DNA of 58,355 bases, filler included, from Jimgerdemannia flammicorona (lineage: Eukaryota): the NCBI GenBank assembly GCA_003990765.1. It is 2 parts of 2 records of this genome, joined end to end, with 100 filler letters (N's around TTAATTAATTAA, not from the genome) between each part and the next. Parts side by side here need not be neighbours in the genome. Positions count along the whole stretch, not along the records: positions 1 to 29,128 come from RBNJ01000514.1; positions 29,229 to 58,355 come from RBNJ01000515.1. One strand, 5' to 3'. The notes beneath the pieces are model-generated. The model saw only the letters and a list, made by a program, of their open reading frames with translations, did not search any database and was not told the origin of the DNA. The position numbers were made by a program, and so were the translations under genes. Below, piece after piece: positions 23,151 to 34,534 of this stretch; positions within the stretch are counted from its first letter, which is position 1, and each line of letters starts with the position of its first letter.

Positions 23151-24624
23151 AGTCAAATAGAAAGCCCGAGCCTGTGTCCCACCCTCAACTGTTGCACTAT
23201 CTGGTGTCACCCTCAAGGCCGCCGGAATTTTGTTGAGGGTGGGCAGAATTTTGTAACACTTTCAACAAATTATGTTGAGGGTGGGCAGAATTTGGTAACT
23301 ATATTCATGCGCCGCCTTCACCAAAATCGGTCACATGACCATGCGCCCAAATCCACTTAAACTATGGGAATCACCTGATCAAGTGCCCAATGCATCACAT
23401 GATCGTGCGCCCATCATATATACTATGGCTTCTAATACACCACAACCGGGTCTCACTTTTGTAACATTTGAAATTCATTGTTCACTATACAACACAAACC
23501 AATGTTGAAATTATTCTTATAAATACACTTAAGAGCAAAAACGATGGCCACACCATCTAATAAAGGCAAGCATTTTATTTTTGGAATTGTAACCTCTCTA
23601 GAACCGCAGATTCGGATGCGTATACCAGAGGTATGGAGTCTTCAATTCCGCCGTGAGAACAGGTACACTATTTCTAACCGCCGGAGGTCCTTTATGGCGA
23701 CGTACTCAGCATTGAAAATAATGCTCATCTCCTGGCAGTTTATTATTAATTTATTTTGTATGGTCACGAACACAACATTCTTGTTTGTCCTCCCTCGCCG
23801 TTTCGATGCAGCATAGAATGATGAACAATGACTAAGCACTGAAGTGACAAAGTACAGAATAATAAATGGCAACTAAGCATAGAATGACGATGATGATAAC
23901 CAAGCACAGAATGGTGGTAATGACAACTAAGAGCCGAACAACATTGATGGCGACTAAGTCAAGAACATCTAAGCACAGAACAATGAACAGAACGACGATA
24001 ATGACAGCTAAGAGGATGGCGCCTAAGCGACTATGGTGGTGACTAAATACAGAAGGATTGAAAGAACAGCAATAATGATGGCTAAGTGGAAGACGACTAA
24101 ACGACGATGATGGCGACAAAGCGATAGTGATGGCGACAAAGCGATGATGATGACGAACGACGAACAACAACAGAAACGACAGCTGAGGGCAGAATGAAAC
24201 TAAGAGCAGAACAGTGATGACAACTAACCATAAAGTGATGATAACGACGACTAAGCACTAATCACGACGAGCACAGCTAAGTGCAGAACAACAAGAGACT
24301 GGAAATTGTGCTTTGGTCGAAATACAAAGTCACGCAATACAAGACCAAGCCACTCCTTTCCACGGCCGTATTTGGCTTTGTGGTATATACGAATTCATCA
24401 ATCCCACTAATTGCCACAATACCCAGATCCTGGTCGTGTGGCCAGCGTGACTGCCTTTACTTCTTTAAAGTCAAATTTTCAACCTCTCCGTCTTCACTCC
24501 CGAATTCATGAAGTCATTCAAAGAGTTTGTCAAAAAGATGAAAAAGAAAGAGAAAGGTCAGAGTTGTTCCGCCAAGTTACTCTTTCGCAGCCTTGGTTAA
24601 CTTACATCCCTTCTCCCCAACCTT

Positions 24625-24942
24625 CACCCCAGGCACAAGCACGATGTCCACCCCAAGCACGATGTCCACCCCAGACACGATGTCCACCCCAGCCGAGGTG
24701 TCCACCCCAGCCAAGATGTCCACCCCAGGCACGATGTTCACCCCAGACACGATGTCCACCCCAGCCGAGGTGTCCACCCCAGCCAATATGTCCACCCCAG
24801 CCAAGATGTCCACCCCAGACACGATGTCCACCCCAGGCACGATGGCCACCCCAGGCACGATGGCCACCCCAGGCACGATGGCCACCCCAGGCACGATGGC
24901 CACCCCAGGCACGATGGCCACCCCAGTCACGATGTCCACCTC
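24625..24942 (+). repeat. 18-bp coding minisatellite (CACCCCAGGCACGATGTC variants), ~17 units
   Basis: Direct observation; encodes MSTPxx/MATPGT. Confidence 0.95.
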
Positions 24943-26129
24943 CAACGAAGCCGTCACCGTCGAGACCTTGAGAAAATACGACAGAGACGTCGACGGGCGG
25001 GCCGAGAGATTCCTTGGTACGTACATTATGTACATTTCTTTGAAATGCCATGTGTAGGCATAGCATTCATGGTGGTGATGTTTATTATGTTGCAGGGAAG
25101 ATGGGTTCAGACTTCCAGTGGCCCGAGTCTATGCCGGATTTTTACAGGACGTACTGTGTCACGACGATAGGCGAAGACTATTCGGATGTGCCCGAGCAAG
25201 CCCAAGTACGCAACATGCTCTTCTTCTATAACCAACTCGACGCTGGTGCTTTCGATGACCATCAGGACAAATGGATCCTCATTGACAAAGAAACTGTCAT
25301 CAAAATTACCGACGAAGAAGACAAGGATTTTTGTGGCAATCTGGACGATGAAACGTCGGCGCCCATCTCCTTGCCAGTCGACCGAAATTACTCCTTCGAA
25401 GTGAGGGCGGCGCACTCGAGTAGACAGGGAGCAGGCCCGAGCAAACAGCGTGAAGTCAAATCGGCGGACACAAGCGGAGACCCGAAGCCCGGTCGCAAGA
25501 TTGATGCTAAGAAGGGTCCTAATGATGACGAGTTTCTGGTTCGTTGAAATCTAGCGCTGTTTATATGTACAATGAGGTTGTTTACAATAAGGTTGCTGAT
25601 AACTTGCCGTTCAATAAAAGTTGAAGATCAAGGTTCGTAAGGCCGGCGGTCGCAAAGAATTCGAATTGCCATTTGAATTTATCGATCCTCCGACCAGAAA
25701 GAAATACACAACAGTCATGGATACAGGTGCTCCCAATACACGCTTGGCATTTGACGTTATTCGCCAATTTGGTGGAGTGAAAAGTAGAGAGTTCGGAAAT
25801 CTATATGTGGCATCTGGCTATGGCAACCCAAACCTTGTAGGCGACGAATCGGGCTACCTTGACAAATGGGTGCGTGTCGAAAATCTCCATTTTTGGGAAA
25901 CGGCCCCAGATAAAAAGGTCAATTCTTTATTGATCGGCAACGACGTGCTTCAGCGCGTATTGGAACCTATCATTTTTTCAGTACTGAGAAAATTTTCATG
26001 GAAATGAGCCCCGGTTTGTATAACAATTAGCCTTTCGTCTACAATCATCGTCACGAGCGCGACACATCGGCTACGACGGCGTTGCTCTCTATGAGTAATT
26101 TCAAAGTGGAATGCGGGATGAACCGGTAG
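24644..26129 (+). CDS. Protein with N-terminal (M/V)(S/A)TPxx hexapeptide repeats, a DUF5678-like segment and a C-terminal retropepsin-like aspartic protease. Exons 24644-25016, 25096-25538, ~25627-25956; last exon tentative
   Basis: Introns 25017-25095 and 25539-~25626 are GT-AG and keep frame. Catalytic TVMDTGAP and downstream LLIGNDVL motifs. The 3' end is uncertain (stop at 26007 if unspliced, 26129 if a third intron is used). Confidence 0.65.
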
Positions 26130-26989
26130 TATTAATGAGGTTTCGTTTTTGCATAAGGGACTCGTCGGTGCAGTTGTGGGAAACAAATTACGAATGCATG
26201 ATTGTAGTTTACGCGGCGCATTTGCGTATTTCATAGCATTTAGTTATTAGTTAGGAAAATCTGTATAAATAGGGATATTCGTTGACTGCAATAAAGAGAA
26301 AGAATTGGAACTATAAGTGAAGTTACCATATTCATAGGTCATTTTTCAGGCTCGACAGGTTGCAGACCGCCCCTTTATTGACCTCTTCCACACAACCTAA
26401 ATCGGACGTGTACTTTGGCGTAGAGATCGATAATAAAGGGCAGTTTACATGCGTGAGTGGTCTAAGGAACTCCCCGTGTAAAGGCAACCGGGGGAGCCTG
26501 AAAAACGACTGAATCTTTGGATAACTTGGCCCTTGCGAAGGCACCCCGCTATTTATACAAGAATTTCTACTGACTAATACTCAGGATATGTAAGCGTTTT
26601 CCATGTAAGCCCATGAGTAATCCTTCCACGCACTTCTTCGCCTTCGTAGTGTGGTTTCAAGCCACCACGTATAGCCCAATTTTAAGCACGTGCCCTTGGC
26701 TGGTGTTGGGACGTTGTGCTGTTCCGCTCGACCCAGAGGCCAAGCTAATTACCCTCCGTGCCTTACGAAAGCTCGAACGACGTAAGATTTCTTTTCCTTG
26801 CTTGAAAGAATGACGAAATATTAGCAACCATGCGAATCTCATACAGAGTTATCAGAAATACTGACAAAACCCCTTCCCGCATGACCATACGCAAGCGCGT
26901 TACTAGTCCTTTAATACCGAAATTACTATATACATTATCAGGCCTATATACTGAACCTTACTGTGCAGGATTATCTCATGCATATAGAT

Positions 26990-27960
26990 GAAATATCCTG
27001 AGGTGAAGGTGGAATTAGTGGTAAAAATCTGAGTATTGTTTTCAAGCTGTATAAACTAGTTGTGATGGTCTGATTATCTCTACAATAATGAGACAAATTT
27101 ACTATATAGTACAGAGCTGTCAGTTTAGTCCTGAAAGAGCTAATATTAGATAGATATTTACACCCATTGGAACTCAATGTATGCAATAATTAAATGTGTG
27201 CTAGAATTTACTATAGTTAGTGCTTTTTGATTGATTAATGCAAATTGGTTTTCAGTTAGCTGAGATATATTAATTAAATTTATTTTTATTTTTATTATTT
27301 TTAAAAAAAAGCCAATAGATTCTATAGTTGCTACTAATAAGAATATATAGAGTGAGACTATTGATAAAGACAAGTAAGATATATTGAGGAGTATTGTCAG
27401 AGTTTTAGAAGTATATAAAAGACTACTTTAGTTCTATATTCATTTTAGCTATTTCTTTTATATAATATTGTAACTATTTGTCATTTTTATCTATCAGTAT
27501 TTTAATAAATATATGAAGGAAATAGTCAAGCAAGTCACTTTGATAGTAAGCTCTGCAATTCTAATATACAATCTCTTGATTGACTAATTAGAGAATAAGT
27601 TAGAGAATAGTGATAAATTCTAATAAGTCTGATTTAGAGATATACTATAGAGGCTGCCTTGAGAAAACTTAAAAAATACTACTCTAAAACAGATACTATC
27701 ATTTTCTCAATTAGTACTGATAAGCCAGCATTACTACCCTTTCTCTCTTAAAAAAAACTCTCTACCAAACTCACTCTCTTTATATAGTATTAGATTTATA
27801 CTTAAAGTACCAATATTATAAAGATTAGAACTGAGAGTAGTAGTATATTGAAGATATAAAGTAGGCTATAATCAAAACATATCAGAAGAACTATATACTA
27901 TTATAAGATTCTGGTCAAAGTCTAATTGAATATACTAAAGAAACTCTTTTATTATATATT
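26990..27960 (+). pseudogene. Heavily mutated hAT-family transposase relic with introns
   Basis: Translations KELILD..IYTHWNSMYAIIKCVLEF (for DVxTRWNSTYxMxxR), AALRKLKKYYSKTD and VLDLYLKYQYY (for LDPRxK) appear in the canonical hAT order. Confidence 0.75.
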
Positions 27961-27968
27961 TACTATAA

Positions 27969-29128
27969 TACTTCTTTCTCTACTACCCTACTAGTCATAA
28001 TGGTTTAGTAGATAACCTTTCAAGTCTACTTTCCACAATTATTACCCTCTCTATCTCAGGTTGGTTTGCTGTATCTATTGCAGGGTAATGGGAGGGAGAC
28101 AATGATGATGAGTTGCTCTTTTATCAGTATCTGATTGGTGTCTTCTCCACTTTTTTGCAGTTTCTAATATCTTCAGCTGCATCTGAAGTATATTTGTTTT
28201 GGTGCAGTGCCTTCTTCCTTTTGTTATCACTAATAAGATATTGTCTCAGTATGTCATAGATTATATAGGAAGTTGGCCAACCTTAGACATCAAGTGCCCA
28301 GTATAGGTTACCTGTAGGTTCTCAGTATCTGTGGTGAGGTCCTCTGACTTTGGTGAGCTTCTTAGCAAGTGTAGTTCTGATATATGTGACTGTTTTTTAA
28401 GTGTTATCAGAATGGAAGAGAAGATGGCTATTACAGATAGAAGGAAGGATAATTACAGTGAACCAGTAGAGTATTAGGCTGGGAGCAGTCATCAGAGCTG
28501 GAGCAGGTACTGCTTTAGTAGGACCTTTTGATTGGTACAGAGTAGTTAGATGGTAGGTATCACTCTCAGCTTCTTTTGGTGATATGTGGGGTTAGGCCCT
28601 GGTCATTGGAGGGGGTCAGGGGGCCCAAGACTACCCATTTTAGGCATCTTGACTATACTTAACTAGAACTGGGAGCTGATATGGCAATATGATCAAGACC
28701 TACAGACCTGAGTAGTAGGGTATTAAGAGTCTCCTTCTGCCTCATGTATAAGTTCTTTACTTATCTCATCTAAGAAAACCAGGTCCTATCTACTATAATG
28801 AGAGTTTTTCTTTATCTGTCATCCTTCTTAGGGTAGCAGGAACTATTCTATTTAGCTTAAGTATAGCCTTATACATACATTGGAGTCTTGGGCATGCACT
28901 TTCAGTTATTGGTATATGGCTGAGTTCTCTCTAGTAGTAGAAAGAGCATGGTATGCAGAATGAGATATGGGCCACCATAGGCCCTACTGTGCCTGATACT
29001 GGACAATAGCTAGCCTAAGTTAATAGGGGGGCAGTGCTTGGTGGGTGATAGGAGAGAGTTTTGGCCTATATAGTCTAGGTTCCCTTCTAATAAAAATCTG
29101 TAAGACTCTGAGTCTATAAAACAAAAAA
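27969..29128 (+). mobile_element. Non-autonomous poly(A) retroposon, copy 2
   Basis: Same 5' start and same 3' end (AATAAAAATCTGTAAGACT...GAGTC + A tail) as 20289-21531. The tail runs into the gap. Confidence 0.8.
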
Positions 29129-29228
29129 NNNNNNNNNNNNNNNNNNNNNNNNNNNNNNNNNNNNNNNNNNNNTTAATTAATTAANNNNNNNNNNNNNNNN
29201 NNNNNNNNNNNNNNNNNNNNNNNNNNNN
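29129..29228. other. Assembly gap with artificial six-frame-stop linker
   Basis: N run, then TTAATTAATTAA (29173-29184), then N run; 100 bp in total. Confidence 0.95.
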
Positions 29229-29230
29229 AA

Positions 29231-32200
29231 GTGCATGGTGAAAATGCCAGAATTCTCGTCGATACTGGAGCAGCAGTATGCATCATCACCCAAAGGATGT
29301 TGGAGCGAATTGGATGGGGAATAGATGAAGGAACCAAAGCAAGAGTTATCATGGCCAACGGATCAGCTTCCACACCCCTTGGACTTGTCAGAGACATCCC
29401 TTTTCAAGTTGGAAAGGCCAGCCTCAATGTACCCAAAGCCGTCATGACCCCTGCAACCTCCTATGACCTGATCCTGGGAACTGACTGGTTAAGCCGAGTG
29501 GGAGCCAATGTAGATATCAAGAAACAACTCCTGGTCTTCTCCACTCATGGACAGAAGCACAAGATGCCCATTGACTCGAAAGGATTATCTAAAAAGACAA
29601 ATCAAGCCTCAGAAACAGAATAGCAAGGACACGGTGACACCCCCACTACTACTGAGGATGAAAGTGAGGCCAATTTCCTACAAGAACTAGGAAGTGATTT
29701 CGATGCCCCAAGGGATCAAGAAAGTGAACAAGAAGACTCTTTCATTGGAGTTATTAGTGTTGAAGGCCTGGAAGAAAGCATTGATAGAGCCATTAATGCA
29801 AGGGTGGTACTTGAGTTTGCAGGACCTTCTGCTCAACCACCACCACCACTGGTAGAAAATCAGATCACGCGAGCCTTTCGTCGAGGCATATGTGAACACT
29901 TCATCAGCTTCCACTCACCAAGAGATGATTGCAGCAATTGCCGAATCCTGGATCTCAAGAAGGTTCCAATGCCAGAAATTGATGACAAGGACGAATTGAA
30001 GTACGCACCATCCCACGGCCAAATACAACCTCCATCCCCGAAGACCTTCAAGAAGACCTATAAGGAAGGACAGAAGATCCTCGCCTGCCAAACATTCGGG
30101 TCCCTTACCATCGAAGGAGAAAGCAACAGCTCTTACACTATCACCTGGGCCCTCCAGATCACACAGCCCACCTATGATAAGTATCGGAAGAGATTCCCTA
30201 CCAGTAGGGAGGTCAAACAGCGAAATGAAGACTTTGTCAAGAAGGGACATTGTGATTGTGGAAAAACCTTTACCTGCTACCAGTGTGAACATCGAGATGT
30301 TCACCTCAGCGAAGATGTCTACAAGAGCCAAGTCAAGAGAAAGGATCCCACCCTGCAAGAACCTCAAATTCACTGGGCCTGTCGGAAGTGCAAAGAAATC
30401 AACCATGAAGGAGATTACAAGTTCAAGAGCAAGACCTCTATCTGAGATCTACCATTGGAAGTTCTTGCCATCATCCGCTGGTACTGCTGCCCTCATCAAG
30501 GAAAAGAAGGTATCAATCTTGCCTTCATCCTTATGAAAGCTCTGGACCCTCTAGGAAAGACTGGATTCAATTACACAAGAAACTCAAAGACAGGAGCTCA
30601 CTGGCCTTTCTTCAAACTGGAGCACATGGACTTCTCACCTACAATAGTAACAGCTGAAGCACCATTTCTCAAAGCTCAACCAATTATCCAGATCAAGCTG
30701 CTTTCACCCTGGGCACAGCCACCTCTTGCACAAACAGAAGGATCAGTTGTTTATGACCTCTGCCTCCTCTACCAAGCAAGAATCTGACCCAGAAGTACCA
30801 GGACTTTTGACCTACAGATCGCACTCACTATACCACCTGGGCATTATGGACGATTGGCCTCAAGATCCTCATTGGCAACCAAAGGAGTCACAGTAGAAGG
30901 AGGAGTCATCGATCAGGACTACCGAGGTCTCTTGAAGGTCATTATCTGCAATTCTAGTAGAACCAGCCGATTCTTCAGTCCTATGGAAGCCATCTGCCAA
31001 ATCCTGTTTATCAAGACATCACAGCCGACCATCCAAGAGGTAGACCAACTAGAAGATACCAACAGAGGACAAGGAGGCTTTGGAAGCACCAATAGAAATC
31101 TACGGACACCACCTATCGAGGTTCATTTGGCAACATTTGCTCAATTCCGACAAATGAGACCCCATATCTGTCACCAATCCGAGCAAGAGAAGATATCCTC
31201 CTGCAGTCCTACCAGCAAAAAGGCCTAGATGTGCACCTACCAGTAGAAGCAAACAACTTGATATTTGCACCATCACTAGAGCTTCAAAAGGAATACCACA
31301 TCCTCCTGGCTGAAGAACAAATTTATGACCAGATGTCACCAATCCATATCCCTATCAGAAACTTGGGCTTCGAAGTGATAACTATCCCCAAGGGAACAAC
31401 ACTGAGATATTTTGGACTACTGATAGACACCTATGAAGAAGAAGTCTTCGAATTCTTTGGAAACGGCAAGCCCTCTCCAGTGAGACTGATGGTACCAGGG
31501 AGGAAGACTCAGCAAATTCAGCAATCAAAGCTGTTGATATCGAGACAACTCTAACCAAGGACCAGCAACAACAGATACAGGAGTTGGTAGAGGAGTACAA
31601 AGATATATTTACCACCACATATGATAACTTCCCACCATATCAATATGGAGAACACCCTATACATACTGGAGATGCAAGACCAATCCGACAACAACCCTAC
31701 CGAACACCACATCATCTGATTGAATTCGAACAACAACACATAGATGAAATGCTATGAAATGGAGTCATCAGACCATCATCAAGCCCCTGGGCTTCACCAG
31801 CAATCATAGTACCAAAGAAAGGAGGATGGAGATTAGTCGTGGATTTCAGAAAACTCAACAAAGTCACCACAGAAGATACCTACCCACTGCCAAGAATTGA
31901 TGACCTCATCAATGCCCTCGGAAAAGCCAAATACATGACCACTACCAACCACTTCCAAGGATTCCAAGTAATACCCATTGCCAAAGAAGATATCTGCAAG
32001 ATGGCCTTCATCACCAGATGAGGACAGTATGAATACCTACGAATGCCCTTTGGACTCTGCAATACACCTGCCTCATTCTAACGAATGATGAACTATGTCT
32101 ACTGGGACCTCATTGGAAGAAACGTACTAGTGTACATAGATGATGTAATCATCTACTCTAAGACATTCAAGCAGCATTTGCAAGACCTCTATGAAGTATT

Positions 32201-34189
32201 CAATACCATTCGAAATTCAGGACTCACACTCAATGCCAAGAAGTACTTCTTTGGAAAACATCAAGTCGAATATCTAGGATATGTTGTCTCAGCTCAAGGA
32301 ACACATGCTGACCCCCACAAGGTGGAGAAAGTCTAGAACTACCCAACCCTGACCACAGCAAAGGAGACCCTATCTTTCCTTATGCTGGCATCCTACTATC
32401 AACGATTCATCCCAAGGTTTCCAGATAAGGCAGCACCTCTCCGAGATATCTCCAAGAAGGACCAACCATTCTACTGGAAAGAAGAACAACAAAAGTCATT
32501 CGACCTACTCAAGAAGGTCCTTACCGAAGCCCCTGTCCTGGTGCGACCAGACTTTGGCAAATCATTCATCCTGGCAACTGATGCCTCAGCCTTAGGACTT
32601 AGATCAATTCAGTCTCAGCAAGATGACCAGAAGAGGGAGCATGTTATCGAATATGCTAGCAAGGCCACGAACAAAATACAAGTGAACTATGGAGCCACTA
32701 AGTTGGAATGCCTAGCAGTAGTTTGGGCTGTGGACCACTTCCGACACTATCTCTTGGGAAAAAGATTCGCTGTCATCACTGACCATCAAGCTCTACAATG
32801 GTTGTTCAACAAGCCAGAGCCCTCAGGAATCTTCGCTAGATGGATCATGTCTCTGCAAGAATATCAGTTCACTATTGTCTACAAGAAAGGTGCTAAGAAT
32901 TCCAATGTCGATACCCTGTCAAGAATCCCACGTAACCAACAAGAAGGGAAGGAGCCCCCACAAGAGAAGGCTGCTTCCCGCTCACCCAAATGAACCAAGA
33001 ATTGTGCCTCGCCCTCACCTGGAGCCTGCACCATAGAAGCTTTAAGAAAGGAATCCAACCAGCCCACAAGTTGTTTATCCAAAGGAATTTCAAGAAATTC
33101 CAAGAAGGCGATGGCAAACTTTGGAGAGTAGAGGGAGAGCAGTATACCCGAGTTCCAAGAGAAGAAGAAATATTGAAGATCCTGACAACAAATCATGACC
33201 AAAATGCACACTAAGGAATTGGCGCCACAATCGCAAGAATCAAGAAGCAATACTGGTGGCCCAAAATGAGAAAACAAATTTCAATGCACATTCAACAATA
33301 TGATACCTGCCAAAGATACCGACAAAAGCCTACCAACAGAGCACCATTAATACCGATCACAGCACCAGCTGGAGCCTTTCAAAGACTAGGAATAGACATT
33401 ATTGGACCTCTACCAGTAACCAGCCGAGGAAGATGCTACATCCTCACTATCGAAGACTACCTGACAAAATGGCCCGAAGTCTTTGCCATCGAGACTGCCG
33501 ATGCCCAGCCAATTATTGGGATCCTGTATGATGAAATTTTCAGCCACCATGGTGTGCCCAAGGAAATCATTACAGACCAAGGTCGAGAATTTGTCAACCA
33601 AGCCATAAAGACCTTTGCGAGCAACTTCAAGATCAAGCTACGACCAACAACAGCCTACCACCCACAGGCAAATGGACTCACTGAATGAATGAACCAGACC
33701 ATCAAGTGAGGTCTCAGTAGAACCGGAGATCAACTAAACTGGGATATCTATCTACTGGCAATTCTGTTCGGCATCCGTACCTCTAAGGCAACTGCTACCC
33801 AACAGACCCCCTTCTATTTGGTATATGGCCGAGAAGCACAAGATCCTACTGAACCAGTCCAGCTAGATCTGTCAAAACGAGTTACAGAAGAGATCACCTG
33901 GTTACATGACATATGCCAGCAAGCACGAGGATTTATCGCCAAAGCACAAGAATGCCAAAAGAGGTACTATGACCACAAAGCCGACCTCGAACCCCTGCTC
34001 ATTGGACAAAAGGTTCTGGTGTACCGTACCATTATAGAAGGAAATTGGAGTGCCAAGCTTGAACCAAAATGGGAAGGCCCCTATCTCATACACCAAGTAT
34101 TCTTGAACCACACTTATCAACTCAAGACCTTGGATGGAGTTATACTCAAGACCAAGATACATCGCAACCGTATAAGACTCTACTACTAA
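29231..34189 (+). pseudogene. pol: pol polyprotein (PR-insert-dUTPase-RT-RNaseH-IN) with stops and frameshifts
   Basis: ORF fragments 29231-34189 carry all the catalytic motifs. Stops are of the TGA/TAA/TAG transition type; frameshifts occur near 31200, 31500 and 32960. Confidence 0.92.
30680..31095 (+). pseudogene. dUTPase domain within Gypsy pol
   Basis: All five trimeric dUTPase motifs: GSV(V/G)YDL, ASRSSLA, GGVIDQDYRG, AICQIL, RGQGGFGST. Confidence 0.92.
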
Positions 34190-34524
34190 AGAGAAGCAAA
34201 ACGCATTGGACAATCCTGTTCACTCTGTCTGTGTCATCTCTGCTGGAGATATGATGGACGTTTCACTCGGAACTCAAGAAAGCCAACAACGTTGGAACCA
34301 GACTTAAGCCCATCCATGTGACAGACATTGTTACTAAGAAATTACCTCAGATTACAAGTAATACTATTTCCGATGGGTTCGAACCCCCAGCCGCAACTAT
34401 GGGAGCCCTTGCCCAAGACAAGGATGGCCAGTTCTCACAAATGCACCAGCATTCTGCTCGTCCCTGGAGTTAAGACCACCCAACTCTGTGTAACCCTCAC
34501 CACTAAGGATGGCTCTAATTTTGC

Positions 34525-34534
34525 AAGGGGCAGA
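34525..34534 (+). promoter_or_regulatory. Polypurine tract
   Basis: AAGGGGCAGA immediately precedes the LTR TGTG at 34535. Confidence 0.7.

Noticed and set aside
23832..24290. Hydrophobic 112-aa ORF and GAC/GAT/AAC-rich tract
   Set aside because: Low-complexity trinucleotide-like sequence with no gene structure.
24411..25066. Alternative-frame ORFs (PPQARC, GVAIVP and GGHRAW repeats)
   Set aside because: These are by-products of the 18-bp repeat. Only the MSTP frame splices in frame to the downstream exons.
34190..34534. Chromodomain or env gene after the integrase
   Set aside because: No chromodomain aromatic-cage motif (YLVKW) and no signal peptide or TM pattern typical of env was seen here or in the LTR ORF.
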